A stretch of DNA of 54,045 bases from Candidatus Omnitrophota bacterium (GCA_043813255.1 JBDRLG010000150.1:1-54045); one strand, 5' to 3'; positions 44,155 through 52,090 are shown, numbered from the stretch's first letter. A program made the numbers and translations. The notes: generated from the letters alone by a model not told the origin.

Positions 44155-44730
44155 TCAAGTATTTAAAAAATTAGCCTGATGTATTGTTTCGTAAATAGGG
44201 CCTTTGGATGTGAGGGTGCTTTTAAATAGAGTGATTTTTTTGACTTCGAATTCCACTGTTTTTCTTGCTGGTGTTGTCTTGGATAATTCTTCCAGTTTTT
44301 GTTTTAATTTATCTTTGTTAAGCCCTGAGCGGACTCTGCCTATGGTGATGTGAGAAGAGAAGGCCCTGTTTTCTTTGGGAATGCCGATTTTTTGTATTTT
44401 GTTTTCTAATTCTTTAACAATTACTTTTAGTTCGGCATCGCCTTTGTCAGCCCCTGCCCAAATTACTCGCGGGTATTTTATATCAGGAAAAGCTCCAAAG
44501 CTGGAGAGATTCATATGAAAAATATTTTTAGTTTTAACGATATCATCAATTATCTTGGTTAGTTTATTAAATTTTTCTTCGTCAATTTCTCCCAAGAATT
44601 TTAGGGTCAGGTGGATATTTTTAGGTTCAACCCATCGGACATCATCATTGCTGGATTTTAATTCTTCTTGAATTTTAGCCAGCGCAGACTTTATTTCTTT
44701 TGGTAATTCTATAGCGATAAATGCGCGCAT
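44155..44730 (-). CDS. thpR: RNA 2',3'-cyclic phosphodiesterase (2H family)
   Basis: It has two HxTx motifs, IHLTLKFLG and SHITIGRV. Confidence 0.85.
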   Translation of the reverse strand: MRAFIAIELPKEIKSALAKIQEELKSSNDDVRWVEPKNIHLTLKFLGEIDEEKFNKLTKIIDDIVKTKNIFHMNLSSFGAFPDIKYPRVIWAGADKGDAELKVIVKELENKIQKIGIPKENRAFSSHITIGRVRSGLNKDKLKQKLEELSKTTPARKTVEFEVKKITLFKSTLTSKGPIYETIHQANFLNT

Positions 44731-44753
44731 TTTTTAGCGGGTAGCAAATAATT

Positions 44754-44850
44754 GTCATTCTCCGCGAAGGCGGAGAATCCATTTTTATTTAATTCTGGAT
44801 CGTCCGGTCAAGCCGGACGATGACATGAATATATTACCGGACGATGACGT
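44754..44850. repeat. variant palindromic element (gtcat...atgac enclosing two unrelated hairpins)
   Basis: The sequence is gtcattctccgcgaaggcggagaatcc...ggatcgtccggtcaagccggacgatgac, followed by a partial repeat ccggacgatgac. Confidence 0.75.
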
Positions 44851-44857
44851 AAATATA

Positions 44858-45328
44858 TTAAATGATAGTTTTTAAAAGTGTTAAAGCTTTTAACGCCGCT
44901 TGTTTTCTGATTTTTTCCCGGCTGCCTTTGAAATTTAATTTTTCGCAGAGTTTTTTATTTTTAGAGTCTATGGCTATGAATACTGTTCCTATAGGTTTAA
45001 GAGTAGTTTCGCCTGTGGGGCCGGCTATGCCGGTGATACCGATGCCTAAATCGCTTCCTGCCAGAATTCTTATTGATTGAGCCATTCTTCGGCAGGTTTC
45101 TTTGGATACCGCGCCTTTCTTAAAAATAATAGATTCCGGAACGCGTAAAATTTTAATCTTTGCTTTATTGCTATAAGAGGCTATGCCTAAAAGGAAATAT
45201 TTTGAACTTCCGGAGTTACGGGTGAGCATTTCAGACAGCATACCGCCGGTGCAGGATTCAGCTACGGATACGGTTTTTTGTTTTTTTATAAGAGAGTTAT
45301 GTGTTTGAGTTAAAATATTTTGTTTCAT
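44858..45328 (-). CDS. pncC: CinA C-terminal domain / nicotinamide-nucleotide amidohydrolase
   Basis: The motifs are VAESCTGGMLSEMLT, GAVSKETCRRMA and GITGIAGP. Confidence 0.8.
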   Translation of the reverse strand: MKQNILTQTHNSLIKKQKTVSVAESCTGGMLSEMLTRNSGSSKYFLLGIASYSNKAKIKILRVPESIIFKKGAVSKETCRRMAQSIRILAGSDLGIGITGIAGPTGETTLKPIGTVFIAIDSKNKKLCEKLNFKGSREKIRKQAALKALTLLKTII

Positions 45329-45402
45329 GATAATAAAATTTAAGGCTTGCGGGATACCTGCCGTGTTTAAATGTTCTTATAACGCATAGATTATTGATTG
45401 AT

Positions 45403-45461
45403 GGTAGCCGCTCCGTAAGCGGAGCACTTTATTACGCCCCGCCAAAGGCGAGGCGGCTACC
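45403..45461. repeat. REPIN-like doublet
   Basis: The sequence is ggtagccgctccgtaagcggagc...cgccccgccaaaggcgaggcggctacc. It is the near-exact reverse complement of 47930..47988. Confidence 0.8.
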
Positions 45462-45498
45462 AGAAAATCACGCATTATTATAATTACTTTTAAACCCA

Positions 45499-45526
45499 TT
45501 GACAAGATAAGATTTTATAGTATACT
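45499..45526 (+). promoter_or_regulatory. sigma70 promoter driving the FMN riboswitch and rib operon
   Basis: It reads TTGACA, a 16-nt spacer, then TATACT, and ends about 8 nt upstream of riboswitch stem P1. Confidence 0.6.
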
Positions 45527-45532
45527 ATATTT

Positions 45533-45717
45533 ATTAATCTTCGGGGTGAGGTGAAAGTCCTGACCGGCGGTTGCGCAGAAAGCGCACACCGGCGTTTCTT
45601 TTTACGCCGGGTGTAAAGCCCGCGAGTTCCAGTATAACGCTGGGGCAGATCCGGTAAAATTCCGGAGCCGATGGTTGTGCCGATAGCGCAGAAAGTCCAG
45701 ATGAGAGGAGATTAAAA
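45533..45717 (+). promoter_or_regulatory. FMN riboswitch (RFN element)
   Basis: The conserved cores are present: cttcggggtgaggtgaaagtcctgaccggcggt, aagcccgcgag, gatccggtaaaattccggagccgatggt and agtccagatgagaggag. P1 pairs ttaatct with agattaa. Two peripheral loops are enlarged. Confidence 0.9.
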
Positions 45718-45727
45718 GAGAACTATG

Positions 45728-45753
45728 CCCGAAGATTATTCTTCGGGTTTTTT
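45728..45753 (+). terminator. riboswitch expression-platform terminator
   Basis: The hairpin cccgaaga-ttat-tcttcggg is followed by tttttt. Its 5' arm is also complementary to the P1 5' strand atcttcggg, which would form an antiterminator. Confidence 0.8.
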
Positions 45754-45814
45754 GTTGTATAGAAATAATAAATATCTGTAGGGATAGGTTTGTAACCTGT
45801 CCGTTATAAAATTA

Positions 45815-45954
45815 ATAATCCCGCTGCGTGTGATATTACAAAAATTTCTTCGATATTTTTGTAATACTTCGCGGGATAAATTCAGACAGATAATTTATGT
45901 TCGCTTTCTGCCTATCGGCAGGCGTTCCATAAATTATGTCTTCATTTATGTTCA
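45815..45954 (+). promoter_or_regulatory. conserved rib leader element, copy 1 (second copy at 50609..50733)
   Basis: It is about 85% identical by eye to copy 2 and extends into the start codon region. Hairpin 1 is atcccgc...attacaaaaat-ttcttcgat-atttttgtaat...gcgggat. Hairpin 2 is ataatttatg...cataaattat. Confidence 0.6.
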
Positions 45955-47144
45955 ATTCCATTCCAGAAATATTAGAGGATTTAAAAAAAGGCCGTATGGT
46001 TATCGTGGTTGATGATGAAGACCGTGAGAACGAAGGGGATTTGGTTATTGCCGCTTCTTTCGCTAAAGCGGAGAATATTAACTTTATGGCAAAATTCGGC
46101 CGCGGTTTAATATGCGTGCCTATGGAAGAAGGCCGGCTTAAACAGCTGGATTTACAGCCGATGATGCCTGAAAAGGCAAAGGATCCTTTTTCAACCGCGT
46201 GGATGGTTTCTGTAGACGCGGCCAAAGGTATTACCACGGGAATTTCCGCTTATGACCGCAGCCATACAATAGAGACGCTTATTAATCCGCAGAGCCGGCC
46301 GGAAGATTTGATTTCTCCCGGGCATCTATTTCCTCTTAAGGCTCGCAATGGCGGCGTGTTAGTCCGGGCAGGCCATACTGAAGCGGCAGTAGATATGATG
46401 AATCTATCAGGGCTTTATCCGGCAGGGGTTATTTGCGAGATTATGAATGAAGATGGCACAATGGCAAGGCTTCCCGAGTTAATAGAGTTTTCAAAAAAGC
46501 ATAAATTAAAAATTTGTTCTATTGAAGAACTGATAAAATACCGCAGGCGTTCAGAGAAATTAGTTGAAAGGTTATCAGAGACGATTTTGCCTTCTGAATA
46601 CGGGACATATAAACTTATAGTGTATCGCGATTTAACCAATGAGCAGGTTCATGTTGCTTTGGTTATGGGAGAAATACAAGGGCAGGATGTGCTTGTGCGC
46701 GTGCATTCTGAATGCCTTACTGGAGATGTCTTCGCGTCTTTACGCTGTGACTGCGGCAGGCAGTTGAAGAAAGCAATGCAGTTGATTGATAAAGAGAAAA
46801 AAGGAGTAGTGCTTTATATGAATCAGGAAGGCCGCGGTATAGGGCTGGCTGAAAAAATACGCGCTTACAGCTTGCAGGATAAAGGTATGGATACAGTGGA
46901 AGCAAATGAAGCTTTAGGCTATCAGCCTGATCTAAGAGATTATGGTATAGGCGCGCAGATTTTGTCTGACTTAGGGCTTAAAAATATCCGGCTTATGACT
47001 AATAACCCGCGTAAAATTGTCGGGCTGGAAGGGTATGGTTTAAAAGTTATAGAGAGAGTCTCTATAGAAATAGAACCTAATCCTGTAAATTATAATTATC
47101 TAAAAACAAAAAAAGAAAAATTAGGGCATCAGTTAAAAATATAA
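45948..47144 (+). CDS. ribBA: bifunctional 3,4-dihydroxy-2-butanone-4-phosphate synthase / GTP cyclohydrolase II
   Basis: The DHBP synthase motif is [13 protein letters not shown]. The GCH-II zinc site is [19 protein letters not shown] start it at the second ATG (45948, MFNSIPEI). The ATG at 45936 is an alternative. Confidence 0.92.
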   Translation: MFNSIPEILEDLKKGRMVIVVDDEDRENEGDLVIAASFAKAENINFMAKFGRGLICVPMEEGRLKQLDLQPMMPEKAKDPFSTAWMVSVDAAKGITTGISAYDRSHTIETLINPQSRPEDLISPGHLFPLKARNGGVLVRAGHTEAAVDMMNLSGLYPAGVICEIMNEDGTMARLPELIEFSKKHKLKICSIEELIKYRRRSEKLVERLSETILPSEYGTYKLIVYRDLTNEQVHVALVMGEIQGQDVLVRVHSECLTGDVFASLRCDCGRQLKKAMQLIDKEKKGVVLYMNQEGRGIGLAEKIRAYSLQDKGMDTVEANEALGYQPDLRDYGIGAQILSDLGLKNIRLMTNNPRKIVGLEGYGLKVIERVSIEIEPNPVNYNYLKTKKEKLGHQLKI

Positions 47145-47170
47145 TTTAATCACTTGTGTCCAGCGTGCCA

Positions 47171-47300
47171 ATTATGATAATTGTTATCGCCGGTAAAATG
47201 TTTTTGAGATGCCAATAGCGTGTCATTGCGAGGACCCCGACGTTACGTCGGGGGACGAAGCATCTTCCGTCGTTAAGATTGCTTCGCTTCGCTCGCAATC
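47171..47300. repeat. GTCATTGCGAG-family element, direct copy of the window-start element
   Basis: The sequence is attatgataattgttatcgccggtaaaatgtttttgagatgccaatagcgtgtcattgcgagg...gattgcttcgcttcgctcgcaat. It is fused to the cagactgtgtc module. Confidence 0.85.
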
Positions 47301-47395
47301 AGACTGTGTCACAATCTATATTTTAACGCGGTAGCCGCAACCTTTAGGTTGCGTTTTCGACGCTGGTAAAACGCTCCGCTTACGGAGCGGCTACC
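47294..47395. repeat. 102-nt direct repeat of 26263..26364, containing the REPIN doublet 47330..47395
   Basis: Only two mismatches separate the copies by eye (gtttcc/gttttc and ctgata/ctggta). Confidence 0.9.
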
Positions 47396-47436
47396 ATAAG
47401 TTAGCGCAGGTTAATTTAACAATGAGGAGGATAAAG

Positions 47437-47904
47437 ATGAAAAAAATAATTGAAGGTAATTTGATTGCAAAAGGTAAAAAATTCGTTATAATTGCTTCTA
47501 GGTTTAATGATTTCATTACCAAGGAATTAATTTCGGGTTGTAATGATTCTTTGGTAAGGCATGGAGCGGTTGAATCGGATATTAGCCTTGTTTGGGTGCC
47601 GGGCGCTTTTGAAATTCCTGCCGCGGCTTCTAAATTGGCTAAGGGTAAATCTTATGACGCGCTTATTTGTCTGGGCACGGTTATCCGTGGTTCAACCCCG
47701 CATTTTGAATATATCGCTTCAGAAGTTGCCAAGGGAATTGCCAGCGTATCGCAGGATTCAGGGATGCCGGTGATTTTTGGAGTAATTACCGCGGATACTA
47801 TTGAACAGGCAATTGAACGCGCGGGCACAAAACAGGGTAATAAAGGCAGTGATGCCGCCGTAACTGCCATTGAAATGGCGAATTTATTTGAACAAATTGA
47901 ATAA
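47437..47904 (+). CDS. ribH: 6,7-dimethyl-8-ribityllumazine synthase
   Basis: The motifs are [37 protein letters not shown] and GNKG. The ATG at 47437 sits 6 nt after a GAGGAGG RBS. Confidence 0.92.
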   Translation: MKKIIEGNLIAKGKKFVIIASRFNDFITKELISGCNDSLVRHGAVESDISLVWVPGAFEIPAAASKLAKGKSYDALICLGTVIRGSTPHFEYIASEVAKGIASVSQDSGMPVIFGVITADTIEQAIERAGTKQGNKGSDAAVTAIEMANLFEQIE

Positions 47905-47929
47905 CGTGAGTTCGACATAAGATATTTTT

Positions 47930-47988
47930 GGTAGCCGCCTCGCCTTTGGCGGGGCGTAGTAAAACGCTCCGCTTACGGAGCGACTACC
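47930..47988. repeat. REPIN-like doublet (inverted copy of 45403..45461)
   Basis: The sequence is ggtagccgcctcgcctttggcggggcgtagtaaaacgctccgcttacggagcgactacc. Confidence 0.8.
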
Positions 47989-48018
47989 ATTAAAACCACC
48001 CGAACGAAGTGAGGGTCA

Positions 48019-48438
48019 ATGCGTAAACGCACATTAGCCAGGACATATGCTTTGCAGGTTCTTTATCAAATGGATATTACTGGCGATAATTATGCCGAGT
48101 GCCTGGAAAATTTTTGGCAGAGTTTAGAGGATATTGTTGAAGATTCTGTAAAGGAATTTGCCTTTGAGCTTGTTAAAGGCGTCCGGGATAATTTAGAAAC
48201 AATAGATAAAAGAATTTCTGAATACGCGGATAATTGGCAGATAGAGCGCATGGCGTTTATAGACAGGAATGTCCTTCGTTTAAGCTGTTATGAACTTATT
48301 TTTCGTAACGATATCCCTCCTAAGGTTTCTATTAATGAGGCTGTGGAACTTGCCAAAAAATTCTCAGGTATAGAATCCGGCAAATTTGTTAATGGCATAC
48401 TTGATAGAATAAAATCAGAAAAAGATAAATCCTGTTAG
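48019..48438 (+). CDS. nusB: transcription antitermination factor NusB
   Basis: It has AR..ALQVLYQ, WQIERMAFIDRNVLRL and INEAVELAK. The ribH-nusB adjacency is typical. Confidence 0.9.
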   Translation: MRKRTLARTYALQVLYQMDITGDNYAECLENFWQSLEDIVEDSVKEFAFELVKGVRDNLETIDKRISEYADNWQIERMAFIDRNVLRLSCYELIFRNDIPPKVSINEAVELAKKFSGIESGKFVNGILDRIKSEKDKSC

Positions 48439-48525
48439 AGGACTTCGTTCTTTAACGGTTCGCGTTGATGTTGGTATTAAATTATTGTTAATTTGAGAAT
48501 AGGTATTTCTCTAATAGGATAAAGA

Positions 48526-49392
48526 GTGAAAACAGCGGATTTACATTTACATACTTTTTTTTCCGATGGCACATATAGCCCTGAAGAGCTTGTTAATCAA
48601 GCGTCTAATAGGGGGTTATCCGCTATTGCTATAACTGACCATGATACTGTTGATGGCATAGAGAGAGGTATTGAAGCAGGAAAGTTATCTGGCGTAGAGG
48701 TATTGCCGGGCATAGAGCTTACTGTTGAATATCAGGCAAGAGAAGTCCATCTGTTAGGTTATCTTATTGATTATCAGAATGAAGATTTAAAACAGAAACT
48801 TAAATTTTTAAATAATAACCGTGTTGAACGGATATATAAAATTACTGCTAAATTAAAAGAGCAGGGAATAAATCTAAATCCTGAAGCCGTATTTAATCTG
48901 GCTAAAAATGGCTCTCCGGGCAGGCTGCATATCGCAAGGGCAATGGTGGCAGAAGGCATTATTGGTTCTACTTACGAAGCTTTTAGAAAATATATCGGAG
49001 ATAAGTGCCCTTCTTATGTGGCAGGGTTTAAGTTTTCTCCTCAAGAAGGGATAGAATTAATAAAAAGCCTTCAAGGCATCCCTGTGCTCGCGCACCCCTA
49101 CAGTATTAATAATGATGAATTAATCCCTGTGCTTGTTGATTTTGGGTTGATGGGCCTGGAAGTTTATTATTCTGAGCATACACAGTCAATGATTAATTTT
49201 TATCTTAATATGGCTAAAAAGTATAATCTTTTAGTTACCGGAGGTTCAGACTGCCATGGGGAGGCGAAATCAGAAATTAAAATTGGTTCTATTAAAATAC
49301 CGTATGAGTTAGTGAAAAAATTAAAAGAAGCGAAAAAAGATAAAGGGGACGATAAAGGGGACAAAGATAAAGGGGACGGTTCTATTTTTTGA
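48526..49392 (+). CDS. PHP-domain metal-dependent phosphoesterase (TrpH/YciV-like) with a repeat-derived KGD tail
   Basis: The motifs are DLHLHTFFSDG, AITDHDT and GGSDCHG. The C-terminal KDKGDDKGDKDKGDGSIF is encoded by tandem aaaggggac units. The start codon is GTG. Confidence 0.8.
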   Translation: MKTADLHLHTFFSDGTYSPEELVNQASNRGLSAIAITDHDTVDGIERGIEAGKLSGVEVLPGIELTVEYQAREVHLLGYLIDYQNEDLKQKLKFLNNNRVERIYKITAKLKEQGINLNPEAVFNLAKNGSPGRLHIARAMVAEGIIGSTYEAFRKYIGDKCPSYVAGFKFSPQEGIELIKSLQGIPVLAHPYSINNDELIPVLVDFGLMGLEVYYSEHTQSMINFYLNMAKKYNLLVTGGSDCHGEAKSEIKIGSIKIPYELVKKLKEAKKDKGDDKGDKDKGDGSIF

Positions 49393-49445
49393 TAAAAAGG
49401 TTAAAAATAGAACCGTCCCCATGTTTTTTGTTTTGAACCGTCCCC
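49343..49445. repeat. GGGGAC-family repeat cluster
   Basis: There are three direct aaaggggac units, then the hairpin ggggacggttctatttttt/aaaaatagaaccgtcccc, then a further gaaccgtcccc abutting the ribD ATG. Confidence 0.8.
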
Positions 49446-50540
49446 ATGTTTTCAATGAGAAAAGACCATAATTATTTTATGAATATCGCGAAGAAACTTG
49501 CCCTTAAAGCAAAAGGCAGGACAAGCCCGAATCCTGTTGTCGGGGCTTTAGTGGTAAAACAGGGGAGAATAATAGGCCGCGGGTATCATGAGAAAGCGGG
49601 TTTTGTCCATGCTGAAATAATGGCTTTGTCTGAAGCGGCAAGCAATGCAAAGGCAGCTACGCTTTATGTAACCATGGAGCCTTGCGCGCATTTTGGCAGG
49701 ACTCCTCCTTGCGTGGATAAGATAATTAAAAGCGGGATAAAAGAAGTTGTTGTGGGAATGATTGACCCTAACCCGTTAAATAACGGCAAGGGGATTGAAA
49801 TTTTAAAACAGCATAAAATAAAAGTCAGCGTGGGAATTCTAGAAAATGAATTAAAGAAAATTAATGAGGTATTTATAAAATATATTACTAAAAAAATACC
49901 TTTTGTAACTGTGAAAGCCGCGCAGTCATTAGACGGCAGGGTTGCTACACGCACAGGCAGTTCCAAGTGGATAACCTCGGATACCGCGAGAAATTACGCC
50001 CACCGCCTGCGCGGTAATTACGACGCGATAATGGTAGGGGTAAATACGGTATTAAGAGATAACCCGCGGCTGGACGCCTGGTTTTCAGAAAGACAGCCGG
50101 TAAAAGTAATAATAGACAGCCAGTTAAGTACCTCGGTAAACGCCAATATTTTTTCAAAAGGCAAAGTCATAATTGTTACATTGCCCGTTAAAGCGGGCCA
50201 GGAAACAGAGAATAAAAAATTACTGGCGCAGAAAGCTGTAATTCTCGAAGCAAAAGAAAAAAACGGCCAGATAAACCTTAAAGATATGTTGAAAAAACTG
50301 GCACGGCTGGAAATAAGCAGTGTTTTGGTTGAAGGGGGAGGGACTTTAAACGGATCATTGTTTGATGAAGGGCTTGTGGATAAAGTTTTGTTTTTTATCA
50401 GCCCTAAAATAATCGGCGGAAAAGACGCTGTGAGTTCAGTGATGGGCCGCGGCATAAGCAGGGTAGATAAGGCTGTCCAATTAAAAGATGTTAATTTTAA
50501 ACGCATAGGCGAAGATTTTTTAATAGAAGGAAGAGTATAA
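49446..50540 (+). CDS. ribD: bifunctional diaminohydroxyphosphoribosylaminopyrimidine deaminase / 5-amino-6-(5-phosphoribosylamino)uracil reductase
   Basis: The deaminase zinc motifs are HAEIMAL and PCAHFGRTPPC, followed by the reductase domain. The exact start is uncertain (49446, 49455 or 49479). Confidence 0.92.
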   Translation: MFSMRKDHNYFMNIAKKLALKAKGRTSPNPVVGALVVKQGRIIGRGYHEKAGFVHAEIMALSEAASNAKAATLYVTMEPCAHFGRTPPCVDKIIKSGIKEVVVGMIDPNPLNNGKGIEILKQHKIKVSVGILENELKKINEVFIKYITKKIPFVTVKAAQSLDGRVATRTGSSKWITSDTARNYAHRLRGNYDAIMVGVNTVLRDNPRLDAWFSERQPVKVIIDSQLSTSVNANIFSKGKVIIVTLPVKAGQETENKKLLAQKAVILEAKEKNGQINLKDMLKKLARLEISSVLVEGGGTLNGSLFDEGLVDKVLFFISPKIIGGKDAVSSVMGRGISRVDKAVQLKDVNFKRIGEDFLIEGRV

Positions 50541-50608
50541 TAATAGTTGTTTTGCTCTAAAGCGATTCAAGTGATTAAATGAATAATCGATAGGTATTTT
50601 TTTAAAAG

Positions 50609-50733
50609 ATAATCCCGCTTTGTATGATATCACAAAAATTTCTTCGATATTTTTGTGATACTCCGCGGGATAAGTTCAGGCAATATAATTTATGTTCACT
50701 ATGTTTCATAAATTATGCCTTCACTTATGTTCA
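50609..50733 (+). promoter_or_regulatory. conserved rib leader element, copy 2
   Basis: It is collinear with 45815..45954. The hairpin stem is changed compensatorily (atcacaaaaat/atttttgtgat versus attacaaaaat/atttttgtaat). It lacks the 17-nt ctgcctatcggcagg insert. Confidence 0.6.
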
Positions 50734-51299
50734 CAGGAATAATTGAAGAAATAGGCTTGGTAGAAAAAATATGCCGTCAGGGAAAGACTACCTTGTTGGA
50801 AATTAAAGCGGAGTTAGTTTCAAAAGATATAAAAACCGGCGATAGTATCGCGGTAAACGGCGTTTGCCTTACTCTAACCGCGAAAAATACCGGGCATTTG
50901 GTTTTTGATGTTATGCCTGAGACATTAAAAGTCAGTAATTTAGGGGTATTAAAAATAAGGGATAAAGTAAATTTAGAGCGTGCTTTGAAAATCGGAGACA
51001 GGTTATCAGGGCATTTTGTTACCGGCCATGTGGACTGCGCGGGCATTATCCGCAAAAAAATTTATCAGGAAAATAATCTGGTTTTTGAAATCGCTGTCCC
51101 CGCTAAATTTATCCCGTATATTATCCTCAAAGGCTCTATCGCGGTGGATGGAATAAGTTTAACGATTATGAAAAAAAGCCCGCCTGTGTTTAGCGTTTAC
51201 ATAATACCTCATACTTTTAAAAATACCACTCTAAGTTTCAAAGGCCCTTCAGATAAAGTTAATATTGAGTTTGATATACTTGTTAAAAAATCAAAGTAA
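50727..51299 (+). CDS. ribE: riboflavin synthase alpha chain
   Basis: The N-terminus reads MFTGIIEEIG, and the internal duplication is visible (GDSIAVNGVCLT / GSIAVDGISLT). The ATG at 50715 is an alternative start. Confidence 0.92.
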   Translation: MFTGIIEEIGLVEKICRQGKTTLLEIKAELVSKDIKTGDSIAVNGVCLTLTAKNTGHLVFDVMPETLKVSNLGVLKIRDKVNLERALKIGDRLSGHFVTGHVDCAGIIRKKIYQENNLVFEIAVPAKFIPYIILKGSIAVDGISLTIMKKSPPVFSVYIIPHTFKNTTLSFKGPSDKVNIEFDILVKKSK

Positions 51300-51326
51300 T
51301 GTAATCGGTCAGTTATTGGGGGTGTC

Positions 51327-51541
51327 GGTAGCCGCAGGCTTCAGCCTGCGTCGTTCAAGAGACTGTTGCGAAATACCTTAAATTCGTCATTCTGCGGCTC
51401 GCCTCGCGGCGAAGCCGAGGGCTTGACCGCAGAATCCATAAACATTTTATCGAAGATGATAGATCCTGCGCTTTCGCGCAGGATGACAAAAATGGAGTTT
51501 TGCAACAGACTCTCCAACGCAAGCTAAAGCTTGCGGCTACC
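51327..51541. repeat. REPIN-like doublet whose loop carries a nested palindromic insert
   Basis: The REPIN arms are ggtagccgcaggcttcagcctgcg and cgcaagctaaagcttgcggctacc. The inner stems are gagactgttgc/gcaacagactc and gtcattctgcgg.../...caggatgac. Confidence 0.85.
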
Positions 51542-51652
51542 ATAAATTTCCTTCATTAACTAATGCATTAGTTTTATTTATTTTTTTTGATGTAATATGA
51601 TTTAAACAATGATATAATATACATAATATAATTTAATTTAATTGTAATGCAA

Positions 51653-51690
51653 CCTCTGATTATTCATCTTTATTGAATCAGGGGTTTTTT
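51653..51690 (+). terminator. intrinsic terminator or attenuator ending 15 nt upstream of comFB
   Basis: It has a 9-bp stem, cctctgatt/aatcagggg (one G-U pair), a 14-nt loop and then tttttt. Confidence 0.6.
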
Positions 51691-51704
51691 GTTGGGAGGC
51701 AGAT

Positions 51705-51974
51705 ATGGAATTCAGGAATTATATGGAAGAGCTGGTAACGCAGGTCTTTAATGACCTTATAAGCAAAGATAAAAAAGCGTGTAAGTGTCAGAGATGCAGG
51801 ATTGATATCGTGGCATTGGCATTAAATAACCTGCCCGCTAAATACGCGGTTACTGATATGGGCAGGGCTTATGTTAAAATGGAGGCTATAAAAGCGCAGT
51901 TCCAGGTAGATGTGATTAAGGAATTAACTAAGGCAATAGAAAAAGTAAAGAATAATCCAAGGCATGTTGTTTAG
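51705..51974 (+). CDS. comFB: ComFB-family protein (late competence development protein ComFB fold)
   Basis: The pattern is YMEELV...CKCQRCRIDIVALALNNLPAKY. The size is 89 aa, and a GGGAGG RBS lies upstream. Confidence 0.75.
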   Translation: MEFRNYMEELVTQVFNDLISKDKKACKCQRCRIDIVALALNNLPAKYAVTDMGRAYVKMEAIKAQFQVDVIKELTKAIEKVKNNPRHVV

Positions 51975-52080
51975 TTGGGAGTTTTAAGTTGGGAGTCAGG
52001 AGTCAGGAGTTTGGGGTTAGGAGTAAAAGATTTGCTCCAGTGAGCGAAGCGAACGGCCTCCGAACTCCCCACTCCGAACT
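51975..52080. repeat. low-complexity imperfect palindrome built from ggagt(c/t)agg-type units
   Basis: The left arm is gggagtcaggagtcaggagtttggggttaggagt and the right arm is cctccgaactccccactccgaact. The loop contains gagcgaagcgaa. Confidence 0.65.
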
Positions 52081-52090
52081 AATATTATTT

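Noticed and set aside
45836-46237. 133-aa minus-strand ORF spanning the rib leader and the ribBA 5' end
   Set aside because: It overlaps the strongly supported ribBA N-terminus (DRENEGD motif) and the conserved leader hairpin. It has no motifs and no RBS.
48000-48452. Inverted repeat flanking nusB (gaacgaagt / acttcgttc)
   Set aside because: Only 9 bp match. The sequence is a fragment of the common cgaagcgaag repeat motif, so this is not convincing as a gene-flanking structure.
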